Shown piece by piece: positions 27,965-36,694 of a stretch of DNA of 64,000 nt (positions within the stretch are counted from its first letter, which is position 1; each line of letters opens with the position of its first letter). The notes under the pieces are model-generated. The model had not been told where the DNA came from and did not search any database. It worked only from the letters and a program-made list of their open reading frames with translations. Where the stretch lies: positions 544,001 to 608,000 of the forward strand of contig CBDBDQ010000005.1 in assembly GCA_965203905.1 (NCBI GenBank), written 5' to 3'. The position numbers and the translations under genes were made by a program. This stretch comes from Spirochaetia bacterium. GTDB lineage: Bacteria > Spirochaetota > Spirochaetia > SZUA-6 > Bin103.

Positions 27965-29680
27965 ATGAACTTCAACGCCACCAATACCACGTTCCGCCAA
28001 CTGATGGGTAACGGCCTCAGCTACCGGGTGCCGCCGTTCCAGCGCGACTACTCCTGGGGACCTGACGAGTGGGACGACCTGTGGCAAAGCATCGTCGCCC
28101 TGGTCGACGACGACCCCGAACCCGCGCATTACCTGGGCTACCTGGTGTTGCAGTCCGCGGATAATCGGGCATTCGACATCATCGACGGCCAGCAGCGCAT
28201 GACGACACTCAGCCTGCTGATGCTCGCCGCGGTTTCCCATCTGTCCGACTTGGCCGCGCCGGACGACCCGAGCGACCCGAGCGACCCGAGCGACCCGCAG
28301 ATACGGCGCGCGGAGCAGCTTCGCGCCAGCTACATCGGCTACCTGGATCCGGTCAGCCTGGTGCCGCGCTCGAAGCTCACGCTGAATCGCCACAACGACA
28401 GCTTCTATCAGAACTACCTGGTGCCGCTGGAGCGGCTGCCGCAGCGGGGACTGAACGCCTCCGAGCATCTCCTGCGGCGGGCCTTCTCCTGGTTCAAGGA
28501 GCGAATCAAGGAGCGATCGCAAGACGATGGAACAGGGGTTGCCAGCTTCGTCGATGGGGCGGTCGACAAGCTGTTCTTCACCGTGATCACGGTCACCGAC
28601 GAGCTCAATGCATTCAAGGTCCTCGAAACGCTGAATGCCCGCGGCGTACGCCTGTCGGCCACCGACCTGCTGAAGAACTACCTGTTCTCGGTGGTCGCCC
28701 GCGGCGATGCTCACGAGTCGGAAATCAACGCGTTGGAGCGCCGCTGGGAGGGTATCGTCGGACTGCTCGGGAGCGAGAGCTTGCCCGAGTTCCTGCGCGT
28801 GTACTGGAACAGCCGCAACCGCCTGGTCCGCAAGGCGGATCTGTTCAAAACCATTCGCAGCGTCATCGACGACCGCGGCAGCGCGTTCGCGCTGGTTCGC
28901 GACCTGGACCGCCAGGTGCGGGTATACGCGGCGCTGCGCAATCCCGATGACGGCTCGTGGAGCGCCGAGGAACGGGCCGGCCTGTCCCAGTTGCAGATGT
29001 TCAACGTGCGCCAACCCCTGGCCCTGCTGCTGGCCACATTCGAACGGTTCTCGGAACAGGACCGGATCGGGTTTGCACGCGTGCTGCGGGCGGTGGTCGT
29101 GGTTTCGTTGCGCTACAACGTGATCTGCGGGCGCCAGAGCAACGAGCAGGAGTCGGTCTTCAACCAGATAGCGGTCGCGATTTCAGAGCAGCGCATCGAC
29201 AGTCCCGGCGCGGCAATCGAGCAACTGCAACCGGTCTATCCGCAAGACAACGAGTTCCGGGCGGCATTCATCGACAAGACGCTGCGCACCACCAGCAGCC
29301 GCAACAAGAAGGTCGCGCGCTTCGTGTTATTCCAACTCGAACGGCATGCCTCCGGACGCAGCTTCGACTTTGAGAGTGCCAGATACGACATGGAGCACGT
29401 GCTGCCCGAACGCCCGGGCGAGGACTGGCAGCAGTTCGACGATCAGCAGCGCGAGGCGTGCACCTATCGTCTCGGCAACCTGACACTGCTGACCGCCACG
29501 CAAAATCGGGACGCCGGCAATTCCGGCTATCCGGCAAAGCGGGCAATCTACCACGGCAGCGAGTTTGCCATCACCCGCAAGCTCGCCGAGGACTACGACA
29601 CGTGGACCCCGGACAAGATCCGCTCGCGCCAGGCATGGATGGCCCGCCAGGCCACCACCATCTGGCGCATCGACTCCTGA
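27965..29680 (+). CDS. DUF262-DUF1524 fusion, GmrSD-like type IV (modification-dependent) restriction endonuclease
   Basis: PPFQRDYSW, DGQQR, ETLNARG; C-terminal HNH-type EHVLP...LGNLTLL...N. Confidence 0.88.
   Translation: MNFNATNTTFRQLMGNGLSYRVPPFQRDYSWGPDEWDDLWQSIVALVDDDPEPAHYLGYLVLQSADNRAFDIIDGQQRMTTLSLLMLAAVSHLSDLAAPDDPSDPSDPSDPQIRRAEQLRASYIGYLDPVSLVPRSKLTLNRHNDSFYQNYLVPLERLPQRGLNASEHLLRRAFSWFKERIKERSQDDGTGVASFVDGAVDKLFFTVITVTDELNAFKVLETLNARGVRLSATDLLKNYLFSVVARGDAHESEINALERRWEGIVGLLGSESLPEFLRVYWNSRNRLVRKADLFKTIRSVIDDRGSAFALVRDLDRQVRVYAALRNPDDGSWSAEERAGLSQLQMFNVRQPLALLLATFERFSEQDRIGFARVLRAVVVVSLRYNVICGRQSNEQESVFNQIAVAISEQRIDSPGAAIEQLQPVYPQDNEFRAAFIDKTLRTTSSRNKKVARFVLFQLERHASGRSFDFESARYDMEHVLPERPGEDWQQFDDQQREACTYRLGNLTLLTATQNRDAGNSGYPAKRAIYHGSEFAITRKLAEDYDTWTPDKIRSRQAWMARQATTIWRIDS
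28264..28297 (+). repeat. In-frame 9-bp tandem repeat (CGACCCGAG, ~3.8 copies)
   Basis: Encodes DPSDPSDPSDP in the GmrSD-like gene. Confidence 0.9.
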
Positions 29681-29703
29681 ACTGCAATACCCGTGGGATC
29701 AGC

Positions 29704-29823
29704 TCACTCGCGCTCCTGACTCCGGTCGTCGAGGAGTCGGAGCATCATGTGGCGAACGTGTTCCTGTCCGCCGAAGAACACCGCGAGGACGCGGACCACC
29801 CGGCATGCGTCACGGAAGGCCAT
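29704..29823 (-). pseudogene. ParE/RelE-family toxin with a large in-frame internal deletion
   Basis: 39-aa frame MAFR-DACRVVRVLAVFFGGQEHVRHMMLRLL overlapping the antitoxin stop; only the start and the C-terminal strand of a ParE-type toxin remain. Confidence 0.7.
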
Positions 29824-30082
29824 GCGCGCGGCGCTTCCCGGCAATCATCCGGTCCAGCCGTGCGTCCATCCGTTGCTCGCTGACGAACTCGCCTCCGCGC
29901 CGGCGGGACAGCAGCTCGCGCAGCGCTGCGTGCTCCAACTCCTCGGCGTCCATTCTTTGCCGCAGCAGGTCGACGCCTTGCTGCAACACCGCGCTGAGGC
30001 TTGCGTAGCGCCCCGCCTCCACCAGCGCTTTGGCAAAGGCGTGCTGCTGGTCGGTAAGCGAGACCGAGGACTTGACCGCCAC
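29810..30082 (-). CDS. ParD-like ribbon-helix-helix antitoxin
   Basis: KSSVSLTD..AFAKALVEAGRYASLSAVLQQG; GTG start at 30082. Confidence 0.82.
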   Translation of the reverse strand: MAVKSSVSLTDQQHAFAKALVEAGRYASLSAVLQQGVDLLRQRMDAEELEHAALRELLSRRRGGEFVSEQRMDARLDRMIAGKRRAHGLP

Positions 30083-30225
30083 ATTGAACCCCTTGGCATC
30101 AGGGTAGTACTCCGTAGCACCGCGGTCCATGGCTGGTCCCCGCCCCCGCCGATGCAGGAGGACGTGTCGTCTCTCGCGGCTTCCTCGACAGAGAGATCGG
30201 CGCGAGCCTATCATCTCGTTCTGCC

Positions 30226-31107
30226 ATGAGCTACGGCGAACTGATTTCGATCCGCGTTCGGGGACGGGGGGTCGAGAAGGAGCATTCCATCGAACGGTCC
30301 GCGGCTGCAGATCCGGGAGAGCCCCTGGATCGGTTCGCCGGCTACTCCTGGACTCACGCGGAGTGGGGCACCCGACACACGGAGATTGCCGCGCAGCTTG
30401 ACGACGAAGGCGCCGGAGCGGAGTCGGTAATCATCATCTCGGAGCTGCTGGCGGAGGAGCACTTCGACGACGAGGACTACGTCATACTGCGCGAGCAGGA
30501 CATCGTGTCGGAAGTGCGGGAGACCGCCTGGCGCCGGTTCGAGCGGGAGATCAACGACGAGATGGCGGCCTGGCTGGAGCACCATCGCGATCCTGACGAC
30601 AAGCACCTTGAGGAGGTGTTCGCGAAGTACGAGAAGCAAGCCCTGCGCATTCTCGAAGAGGAGTACGGGGAGTGGGAGATTCCGTTCGATCGCGACGCGG
30701 TGACCCGTCCCCGCAAGGAGACGCAGCGCGAACGGCGCTATCTGCTGCCGAGCCCGTTCGACTTCTGGGACAGCCGCAACAGCTATCAGCAGTATTTCTT
30801 TCTCAAGGGGTCGAAGACGGTCGCCAGCAGCGGCACCGGCAGTTCCGGGCAGCGCGCCAATCACACCATCTTCGGGCTCGGCTTCGCGCTTCACGACGCC
30901 GTACGACCGATACCGACCCAAATTCTGGTCTACGACCGCGACAACCGGGTCATCGAGGTCGACACGCTCGACCGCTTGTGCCTGGTCGCCCGCGACCTCG
31001 GTTCCAACTACGATCTGCCGCACCCCGAAGTGGAGGCCACCGTCGAGCACGTGCTGCGCTGCGACTGGAAGACCCACGACTGGACCTTCGAGCGGCCTCA
31101 GCCGTAG
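30226..31107 (+). CDS. Hypothetical acidic protein
   Basis: 293-aa ORF with coding-like GC3 bias and normal amino-acid composition; no recognised motif. Confidence 0.75.
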   Translation: MSYGELISIRVRGRGVEKEHSIERSAAADPGEPLDRFAGYSWTHAEWGTRHTEIAAQLDDEGAGAESVIIISELLAEEHFDDEDYVILREQDIVSEVRETAWRRFEREINDEMAAWLEHHRDPDDKHLEEVFAKYEKQALRILEEEYGEWEIPFDRDAVTRPRKETQRERRYLLPSPFDFWDSRNSYQQYFFLKGSKTVASSGTGSSGQRANHTIFGLGFALHDAVRPIPTQILVYDRDNRVIEVDTLDRLCLVARDLGSNYDLPHPEVEATVEHVLRCDWKTHDWTFERPQP

Positions 31108-31201
31108 CTCCCGGCTCGACAGGGCAAATGATGCTGTACGCAGTGTACAGAAAATCCAATGCTTGCTCAGCCGTGATTAGGGTGAGGGACCGATCCGTTG
31201 C

Positions 31202-32032
31202 ATGATGGCAGCTTTGCCAGAGGAGGCGCCGATGCCGACCCGCCAGCAGGCCGAACAGTTCGAGAGGGACGGCTACTTCATTGCCGATGACGCCGTCGAC
31301 CCCGGCATGTTCGACGAACTAGCCGCCGCCGCGCGCCGCGTCAAGCACAAGGTCCGCTCTGGACAAGTCGATGTCTTCACCCACTGGGCCACCGACGAGA
31401 ACACCGAGCCGTGGGCGATCCGCGGCCTGCTGGCGCCCGAGTTCGACGAGCCGGTATTCGCCGAGTACCTGATGTCGAAGCCGGTCATGGACTACGTCCA
31501 CTACTTCATCGGCAGCGACCTGACCATGGGCGCGATCCTGATCTTCACCAATCCCCACCACGCCGACTACTCGATCGGCTGGCATCGCGACTGGGGCAAG
31601 CTGGAGCGCGACCCCGACTACGACGCGGAGATGGCGATCCTGGACCGACCACTCACGAGCTGGCGCTGGCACCTTGCGACGGTCGACGACGACGCCTTGC
31701 AACTGGTGCCGGGAACGCACCGCCGCTACCGCACCGCGCAGGAACGCCGCTGCCTGCTGGAGACTCGTGACGCGGACATCTCCGGTCAGTTGAGCATCAG
31801 GCTGAAGGCGGGCCAGGCCGTCTTCTGGTCCGGCAACACCATCCACCGCGGGCTCAATCGCAAGGACACCGAGCGCCTGACCGTGTCTGCCGGCTGGAGC
31901 GTGCACCAGAAAGGCGAGCCGGAACCGGTGGACGAGCGCCTGCGCTGGCGCCTGCGCGACGACGTGCGCGCCAACCTGCCCGCGCCACTGCTGCCCTACT
32001 ACGACCGCTGGCGCGCCCGACAGGCGGCTTGA
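31202..32032 (+). CDS. PhyH family dioxygenase
   Basis: FERDGY, WHRD, VPGTH, IHRG; the true start may be ATG 31232 after GAGGAGG. Confidence 0.85.
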   Translation: MMAALPEEAPMPTRQQAEQFERDGYFIADDAVDPGMFDELAAAARRVKHKVRSGQVDVFTHWATDENTEPWAIRGLLAPEFDEPVFAEYLMSKPVMDYVHYFIGSDLTMGAILIFTNPHHADYSIGWHRDWGKLERDPDYDAEMAILDRPLTSWRWHLATVDDDALQLVPGTHRRYRTAQERRCLLETRDADISGQLSIRLKAGQAVFWSGNTIHRGLNRKDTERLTVSAGWSVHQKGEPEPVDERLRWRLRDDVRANLPAPLLPYYDRWRARQAA

Positions 32033-32200
32033 AGCTACTCCGAAATGTCCAGCAGACGAACAAGGTGCACCCCTCTCATGGTCTCCGGCGCCACGGAGTG
32101 GCCCTGAGCACTACCCTGGCGCGGCGCCGTCCACGATTCGGCCCAGCGCCTCCGGCAGTGCCGTCCAGCCCCCACGTGGCGGGTCGTGGCTCGTACCACT
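31989..32200. repeat. Left copy of a diverged direct repeat (phyH 3' end, spacer, relic of thioesterase 3' end)
   Basis: Aligns with 33250-33485 from TGCTGCCCTACTACGACCGCTGGCGCGCCCG through CCACGTGGCGGGTCG, with one ~22-nt gap. Confidence 0.92.
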
Positions 32201-32333
32201 TCGAGCACTGCATCATCTCGGAGCCCTGGGCGGGATGATGTCCTTGGCACACTTCGCTCTTGGCGCATCAGCGACTTGAAACACAGGCTCGGATCAGGCA
32301 ACTTGAACTGATCAACCAGCTTGGATGGTTCAA

Positions 32334-32770
32334 TGAGCACTGTTCTTGACGACGTTACGAATGAGAGAATCGACGCACAGCATATCCGGCGACGCGTCGA
32401 GGACTGGGACAAGCGCTTGCACGCGCTCTATGGCATGATCGGCGGCTGGCTGCCCGCGGGGTGGACCGCCCGTGCGGGTGCGCCGGTGCGCATGCACGAA
32501 GAAATGATGCGTGAATTCGGTATCGCCCCGAAGGAGGTTCCGACCCTCGAACTCGTCCACCAGACCGGCGATGCTGCCAGGTTGGAGCCACGTGCGCTCT
32601 GGGTCATTGGTTGTAACGGCCGTGTCGACCTGAAACGCGACAGTCATCATTATCTGATTGTCGATCGCGCCGAGAATTTTGAAAGGGCGGACTGGCAGGC
32701 AGCTAATGCCCACCGGCGAGGTGAGCGCGAACCCGTCACCCGTGACTGGCTGCTCAGCGTCCTTCAGTGA
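32334..32770 (+). CDS. Hypothetical protein, partner of the HEPN protein
   Basis: ~145-aa ORF from MSTVLDD containing PRALWVIGCNGRVDL; GTGA overlap with the next gene. Confidence 0.75.
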
Positions 32771-33234
32771 GTGATTTGCAAGCAATCGCGGATCTATATG
32801 CCGAAGTCGACGACAGCCTGGAAGTATTGCGCGACAGGGCCAGTGCCGCAGCCGCAGCCACCGAGCGAACTCGGATCGAACACAAACAGAGAATAAACGA
32901 CCAAGCCTACTTTGTGCTCGCATGGGGTCAATTGGAGGCCGACATAGTGGATGCGTGTCGCAGCACGATTCGGCACGCTCAAACGCATGGCAACTGGCGC
33001 GAACGTCGTGCCTGGACTCTGTACAACCCGGATGATCGGAGATTGTCAGGCCTGAACTTCGAGAACCGGTTGACACTCGTCCTCGAGAAGGGCTCCGACA
33101 ACTGGAAGAAGGTGTTGCAGCACTACCGCGTCCGCAATCAGATCGCGCACGGCAGACTCCGCTCCCAGCGCATCGACGTCTCCAGCGTAATCGAGGAGTT
33201 CTATCTCATCCAGGCATCGCTGGCGCGCAACTGA
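32767..33234 (+). CDS. Putative HEPN-domain RNase
   Basis: Helical 155-aa protein with C-terminal RNQIAH (R-x4-H) and an upstream WGQLE. Confidence 0.65.
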   Translation: MSDLQAIADLYAEVDDSLEVLRDRASAAAAATERTRIEHKQRINDQAYFVLAWGQLEADIVDACRSTIRHAQTHGNWRERRAWTLYNPDDRRLSGLNFENRLTLVLEKGSDNWKKVLQHYRVRNQIAHGRLRSQRIDVSSVIEEFYLIQASLARN

Positions 33235-33249
33235 ATCCCTCCGCGATCA

Positions 33250-33485
33250 TGCTGCCCTACTACGACCGCTGGCGCGCCCGGCAGGCGCTTGAAGTTGGTC
33301 CGAAATCACGTCCAGCAGACGAACCAGGTGCAGCGGTTTCATGGCCTCCGGCGCCACGGAGTTGCCTTGCGTACTACCCTGACGCGGCGCCGTCCACGAT
33401 GCGGCCCAGTGCCTCCGGCAGCGCGGTCGGCCTGCCGTGGATGGCGTCCAGCGCCACGTGGCGGGTCGCGGCTCGCGCCACCTCC
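33250..33485. repeat. Right copy of the diverged direct repeat (relic of phyH 3' end, spacer, thioesterase 3' end)
   Basis: Aligns with 31989-32200; re-encodes LPYYDRWRARQA, the PhyH C-terminus. Confidence 0.92.
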
Positions 33486-33802
33486 GTACCGGCCGCATCA
33501 AGGAAGCGGTACCCCACCTGGTAGGAGTGGTCGCCGCGCCGGGTCAGGGTGAGCTCCACCTGCAGCCGGTCCCCCACGCGGATGGGCCGGGCGAACTCCG
33601 CTTCCACCGCCACCACCGGCAGGCGCACCTCACCCTGGGCGAGGACCTTGCCGATTCCCAGCCCTGCCTGCTCCAGCAGCGCCTCGTAGGCCTCGTGTGC
33701 CAGCTCCAGCAGGCGCGAGCAGAAGATGACCCCCGCGGCGTCGCTGTGGTGCAGCCGCACGGTGAGCGGATGGACGAAGTCCGGGGCCGGCATGCTCGAC
33801 AT
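33374..33802 (-). CDS. Hot-dog fold acyl-CoA thioesterase, probable DHNA-CoA hydrolase
   Basis: VRLHHSDAAGVIF...HEAYE resembles cyanobacterial-type DHNA-CoA thioesterases; menA and menE are nearby. Confidence 0.75.
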   Translation of the reverse strand: MSSMPAPDFVHPLTVRLHHSDAAGVIFCSRLLELAHEAYEALLEQAGLGIGKVLAQGEVRLPVVAVEAEFARPIRVGDRLQVELTLTRRGDHSYQVGYRFLDAAGTEVARAATRHVALDAIHGRPTALPEALGRIVDGAASG

Positions 33803-33850
33803 CGCTCCCAGCGTACCCAACGGCGGCAAACAATGCACAATGTTGGGGAC

Positions 33851-36607
33851 ATGGATGGGATGACCGCGGCCGAGGCACGCGATACGGCGATGCGTGCCGA
33901 TATCCACCTGCTCGGCGACCTGCTCGGCCAGACCCTGGTGCGGCAACACGGCCGCCACCTGCTGGAACTGGTCGAACGGGTGCGCACCCTGAGCAAGAGT
34001 GCCCGCGATCCGGCCCCCGACCACCGCGCCGCCGCCGAACTGGACGCCCTGCTGGCGCGACTCGACATGACCGACACCACCAACCTGGTGCGCGCCTTCT
34101 CCACCTTCTTTCACCTGGCGAACGTGGCCGAGCAGACCCACCGGGTGGACGAGCACGGCCCGCGCAGCGGCATCGCCCGCGGCCGGCTACGCGCGCTGTT
34201 CGATCACATCAAGCAGGACGGGGCGCAGCGCGCCGCCCTGCACGAGGTGGCCGGCCGCCTCGACGTGCGGCCGGTGTTCACCGCCCATCCTACGGAGGCG
34301 GCGCGCCGCTCCGTGCTCACCAAGCTGCAGCGCATCGGCGAATTGCTCTACGAGCAGGCGGACCCGCGCCAGACCGCGGTGGACCAGCAGCGCATCCGGC
34401 GCCGCCTGGCCGAGGCGATCGACCTGATCTGGCAGACCGACGAGCTGCGTGTTCACCGCCCTACCCCCACCGACGAGGCGCGGGCGGCGATCTACTACCT
34501 GCAGGAGCTGCTGCGCGGCGTGAGCGGCGACCTGTTCGACGAGCTGGACGCCCAACTCCAGCGGGTCGGCATCGAGCTGCCGGCCCACGCCCGGCCGCTG
34601 AACTTCGGGAGCTGGGTCGGCGGCGATCGCGACGGCAACCCGCTGGTCACCGCGGAGGTGACCACGGCGGTGCTGGAACTGCAGCACGACCGCGCCCTGC
34701 AGGAGCTGCTGCGGGCGGTGGACGCGCTGTCCGCTGAGCTCAGCAGCTCGGAGCACATCCACGGCGTGTCGCAGGAGCTAGCCGACAGCCTGCAGCGCGA
34801 CGCCGTGGCCCTGCCGGCCACCGACCAGGCGGCGCGGCGCCGCAATGCCGATGAGAGCTACCGGCTCAAGCTGGCCTTCATCCGCGCGCGCCTGGAGAAC
34901 ACGCGCCGGCGCATCGCCGAGCGCGCACGCCACGTGCCGCGCCGCGACTACCTGACCGCCGACGAGCTGGTCGCCGAGCTGGAGCTGCTGCAGCGCTCGC
35001 TGCGCGCCCATCGCGGCGAGGTGATCGCGGACGGGGCGGTGCGCCGCCTGCTGCGCCGCGCCGCCGCCTTCGGCTTCCACCTCGCGACCCTCGACGTGCG
35101 CGAGCACGCCGTGAAGCACCACGCCACGCTGGCCGCGCTGTACCGGCGCCTTCCCGAAGGCCCCGACTACGGGTCGCTGACCCCGGCACAACGGTTCGAG
35201 GTGCTCTCCGCCGAGCTTGCCCACCGCCGTCCCATAGGCACGCCGGCCACCAGGCTGGCCGACGAGGCGGGCGCCACGCTGGCGACGATGCAGGTGGTCC
35301 GCACGGCCCTGGAGCGGTTCGGCGGCCGCGCCATCGAAAGTTACATCATCTCGGAGACCCTGGGCGCGGACGACGTGCTGGCGGCGGTGGTGCTGGCGCG
35401 CGAAGCGGGGCTGGTGGACCTGGCCGCGGGACACGCGGCGATCGGCTTCGTGCCGCTGTTCGAGACTCCCGATTCGATCCGGCAGGCGGATGCCACGCTG
35501 CGCGAACTGCTGCGGGAGCCCAGCTACCGCGAGCTGCTGCGGCTGCGCGGCGGCCCGCAGGAGGTGATGCTCGGCTACTCCGACTCCAACAAGCTGGGCG
35601 GCATCGCCACGGCGCAGTGGGAGTTGCACCGCTGCGAGCGGCGCCTGCGCGCGGTGGCCGCCGAGTGCGGCGTGCAACTGCGCTTCTTCCACGGCCGCGG
35701 CGGCACCGTCGGCCGCGGCGGCGGCCCCACCGCGGAGGCGATCCTGGCGCAGCCGTGGGGCACCGTGAACGGCACCATCAAGATCACCGAGCAGGGCGAG
35801 GTGGTGGCCGACAAGTACGCGCTGCCGCGGCTGGCGCGCGACAACCTGGAGCTGACCCTGGCGGCCTCGATCGAGGCTACGGTGCTGCACCGCAGCGCCG
35901 AGCGCCCGGAGGCAGACATGGAGCGCTGGAACTCCGCCATGGAGACCGCCTCGCGGGCCGCGTACGCCGCCTACCGGGGCCTGGTTGACCACCCGTCGCT
36001 GGTACCTTACTTCCTGAGTGCGACCCCGGTGGAGGAGCTGGCCTCGCTCAAGATCGGCTCACGGCCGTCGCGGCGTCCCGGCACCGGCGCCGGCATCGAC
36101 GGCATGCGCGCCATCCCGTGGGTGTTCGGCTGGACCCAGACCCGGCAGGTGGTGCCCGGCTGGTACGGCGTAGGCAGCGGACTGGCCGCGGCGCGGGACG
36201 CGGGGGTGGATTGCCTCACCGAGATGTACGAGCGCTGGCCGTTCTTTCGCATGTTCCTCTCCAACGTGGAGATGACCCTGGCCAAGACCGATCTGGTCAC
36301 CGCCCGGCGCTACGTGGACACCCTGGTGCCGGAAGTGCACCGGCAGATCTTCGACCTGATCGCCGCCGAGCACGAGCGCGCGGTGCAGCAGGTGCTGGCC
36401 ACCACTGGCAAGCCGGCGCTGCTGGCCGACTATCCGGTGCTCAAGCGCACCCTGGACGTGCGCGCGGCGTACCTGGAACCGCTGCACCTGCTGCAGATCG
36501 TCCTGCTGGAGCGGCATCGCGGCGCCGACCAGGTGGATCCGCGCGTGGAGCGGGCGATCCTGCTCACCGTCAACGGCCTCGCCGCCGGGCTGCGCAACAC
36601 CGGGTAG
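33851..36607 (+). CDS. ppc: Phosphoenolpyruvate carboxylase
   Basis: VFTAHPT, GGDRDGNP, QEVMLGYSDSNK, FHGRGGTVGRGG, RAIPW, C-terminal RNTG; start is one of ATG 33833, 33851 or 33860. Confidence 0.97.
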   Translation: MDGMTAAEARDTAMRADIHLLGDLLGQTLVRQHGRHLLELVERVRTLSKSARDPAPDHRAAAELDALLARLDMTDTTNLVRAFSTFFHLANVAEQTHRVDEHGPRSGIARGRLRALFDHIKQDGAQRAALHEVAGRLDVRPVFTAHPTEAARRSVLTKLQRIGELLYEQADPRQTAVDQQRIRRRLAEAIDLIWQTDELRVHRPTPTDEARAAIYYLQELLRGVSGDLFDELDAQLQRVGIELPAHARPLNFGSWVGGDRDGNPLVTAEVTTAVLELQHDRALQELLRAVDALSAELSSSEHIHGVSQELADSLQRDAVALPATDQAARRRNADESYRLKLAFIRARLENTRRRIAERARHVPRRDYLTADELVAELELLQRSLRAHRGEVIADGAVRRLLRRAAAFGFHLATLDVREHAVKHHATLAALYRRLPEGPDYGSLTPAQRFEVLSAELAHRRPIGTPATRLADEAGATLATMQVVRTALERFGGRAIESYIISETLGADDVLAAVVLAREAGLVDLAAGHAAIGFVPLFETPDSIRQADATLRELLREPSYRELLRLRGGPQEVMLGYSDSNKLGGIATAQWELHRCERRLRAVAAECGVQLRFFHGRGGTVGRGGGPTAEAILAQPWGTVNGTIKITEQGEVVADKYALPRLARDNLELTLAASIEATVLHRSAERPEADMERWNSAMETASRAAYAAYRGLVDHPSLVPYFLSATPVEELASLKIGSRPSRRPGTGAGIDGMRAIPWVFGWTQTRQVVPGWYGVGSGLAAARDAGVDCLTEMYERWPFFRMFLSNVEMTLAKTDLVTARRYVDTLVPEVHRQIFDLIAAEHERAVQQVLATTGKPALLADYPVLKRTLDVRAAYLEPLHLLQIVLLERHRGADQVDPRVERAILLTVNGLAAGLRNTG

Positions 36608-36684
36608 CATGCAAGCCCACTCCGTGACGCGGGAGACTATGGAAACCGTGCAACTGGTTCGTCTGCTTCACATGATTCTCGGGA
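36602..36684 (+). repeat. ~80-bp dispersed repeat (third copy, inverted relative to 32036-32116 and 33299-33379)
   Basis: GGGTAG-CATGCAAGCCCACTCCGTGACGCGGGAGACTATGGAAACCGTGCAACTGGTTCGTCTGCTTCACATGATTCTCGG aligns end to end with the reverse complement of 33299-33379. Confidence 0.85.
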
Positions 36685-36694
36685 TAGCCGGTCG

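Noticed and set aside
31134-31150. Palindrome CTGTAC-N5-GTACAG resembling a LexA box
   Set aside because: Spacing is CTGT-N9-ACAG rather than N8, it occurs once, and no SOS gene follows; it may be some operator but cannot be assigned.
27900-33300. Possible integron cassette array
   Set aside because: No integrase and no recurring attC-like RYYYAAC...GTTRRRY sites; gene orientations are mixed.
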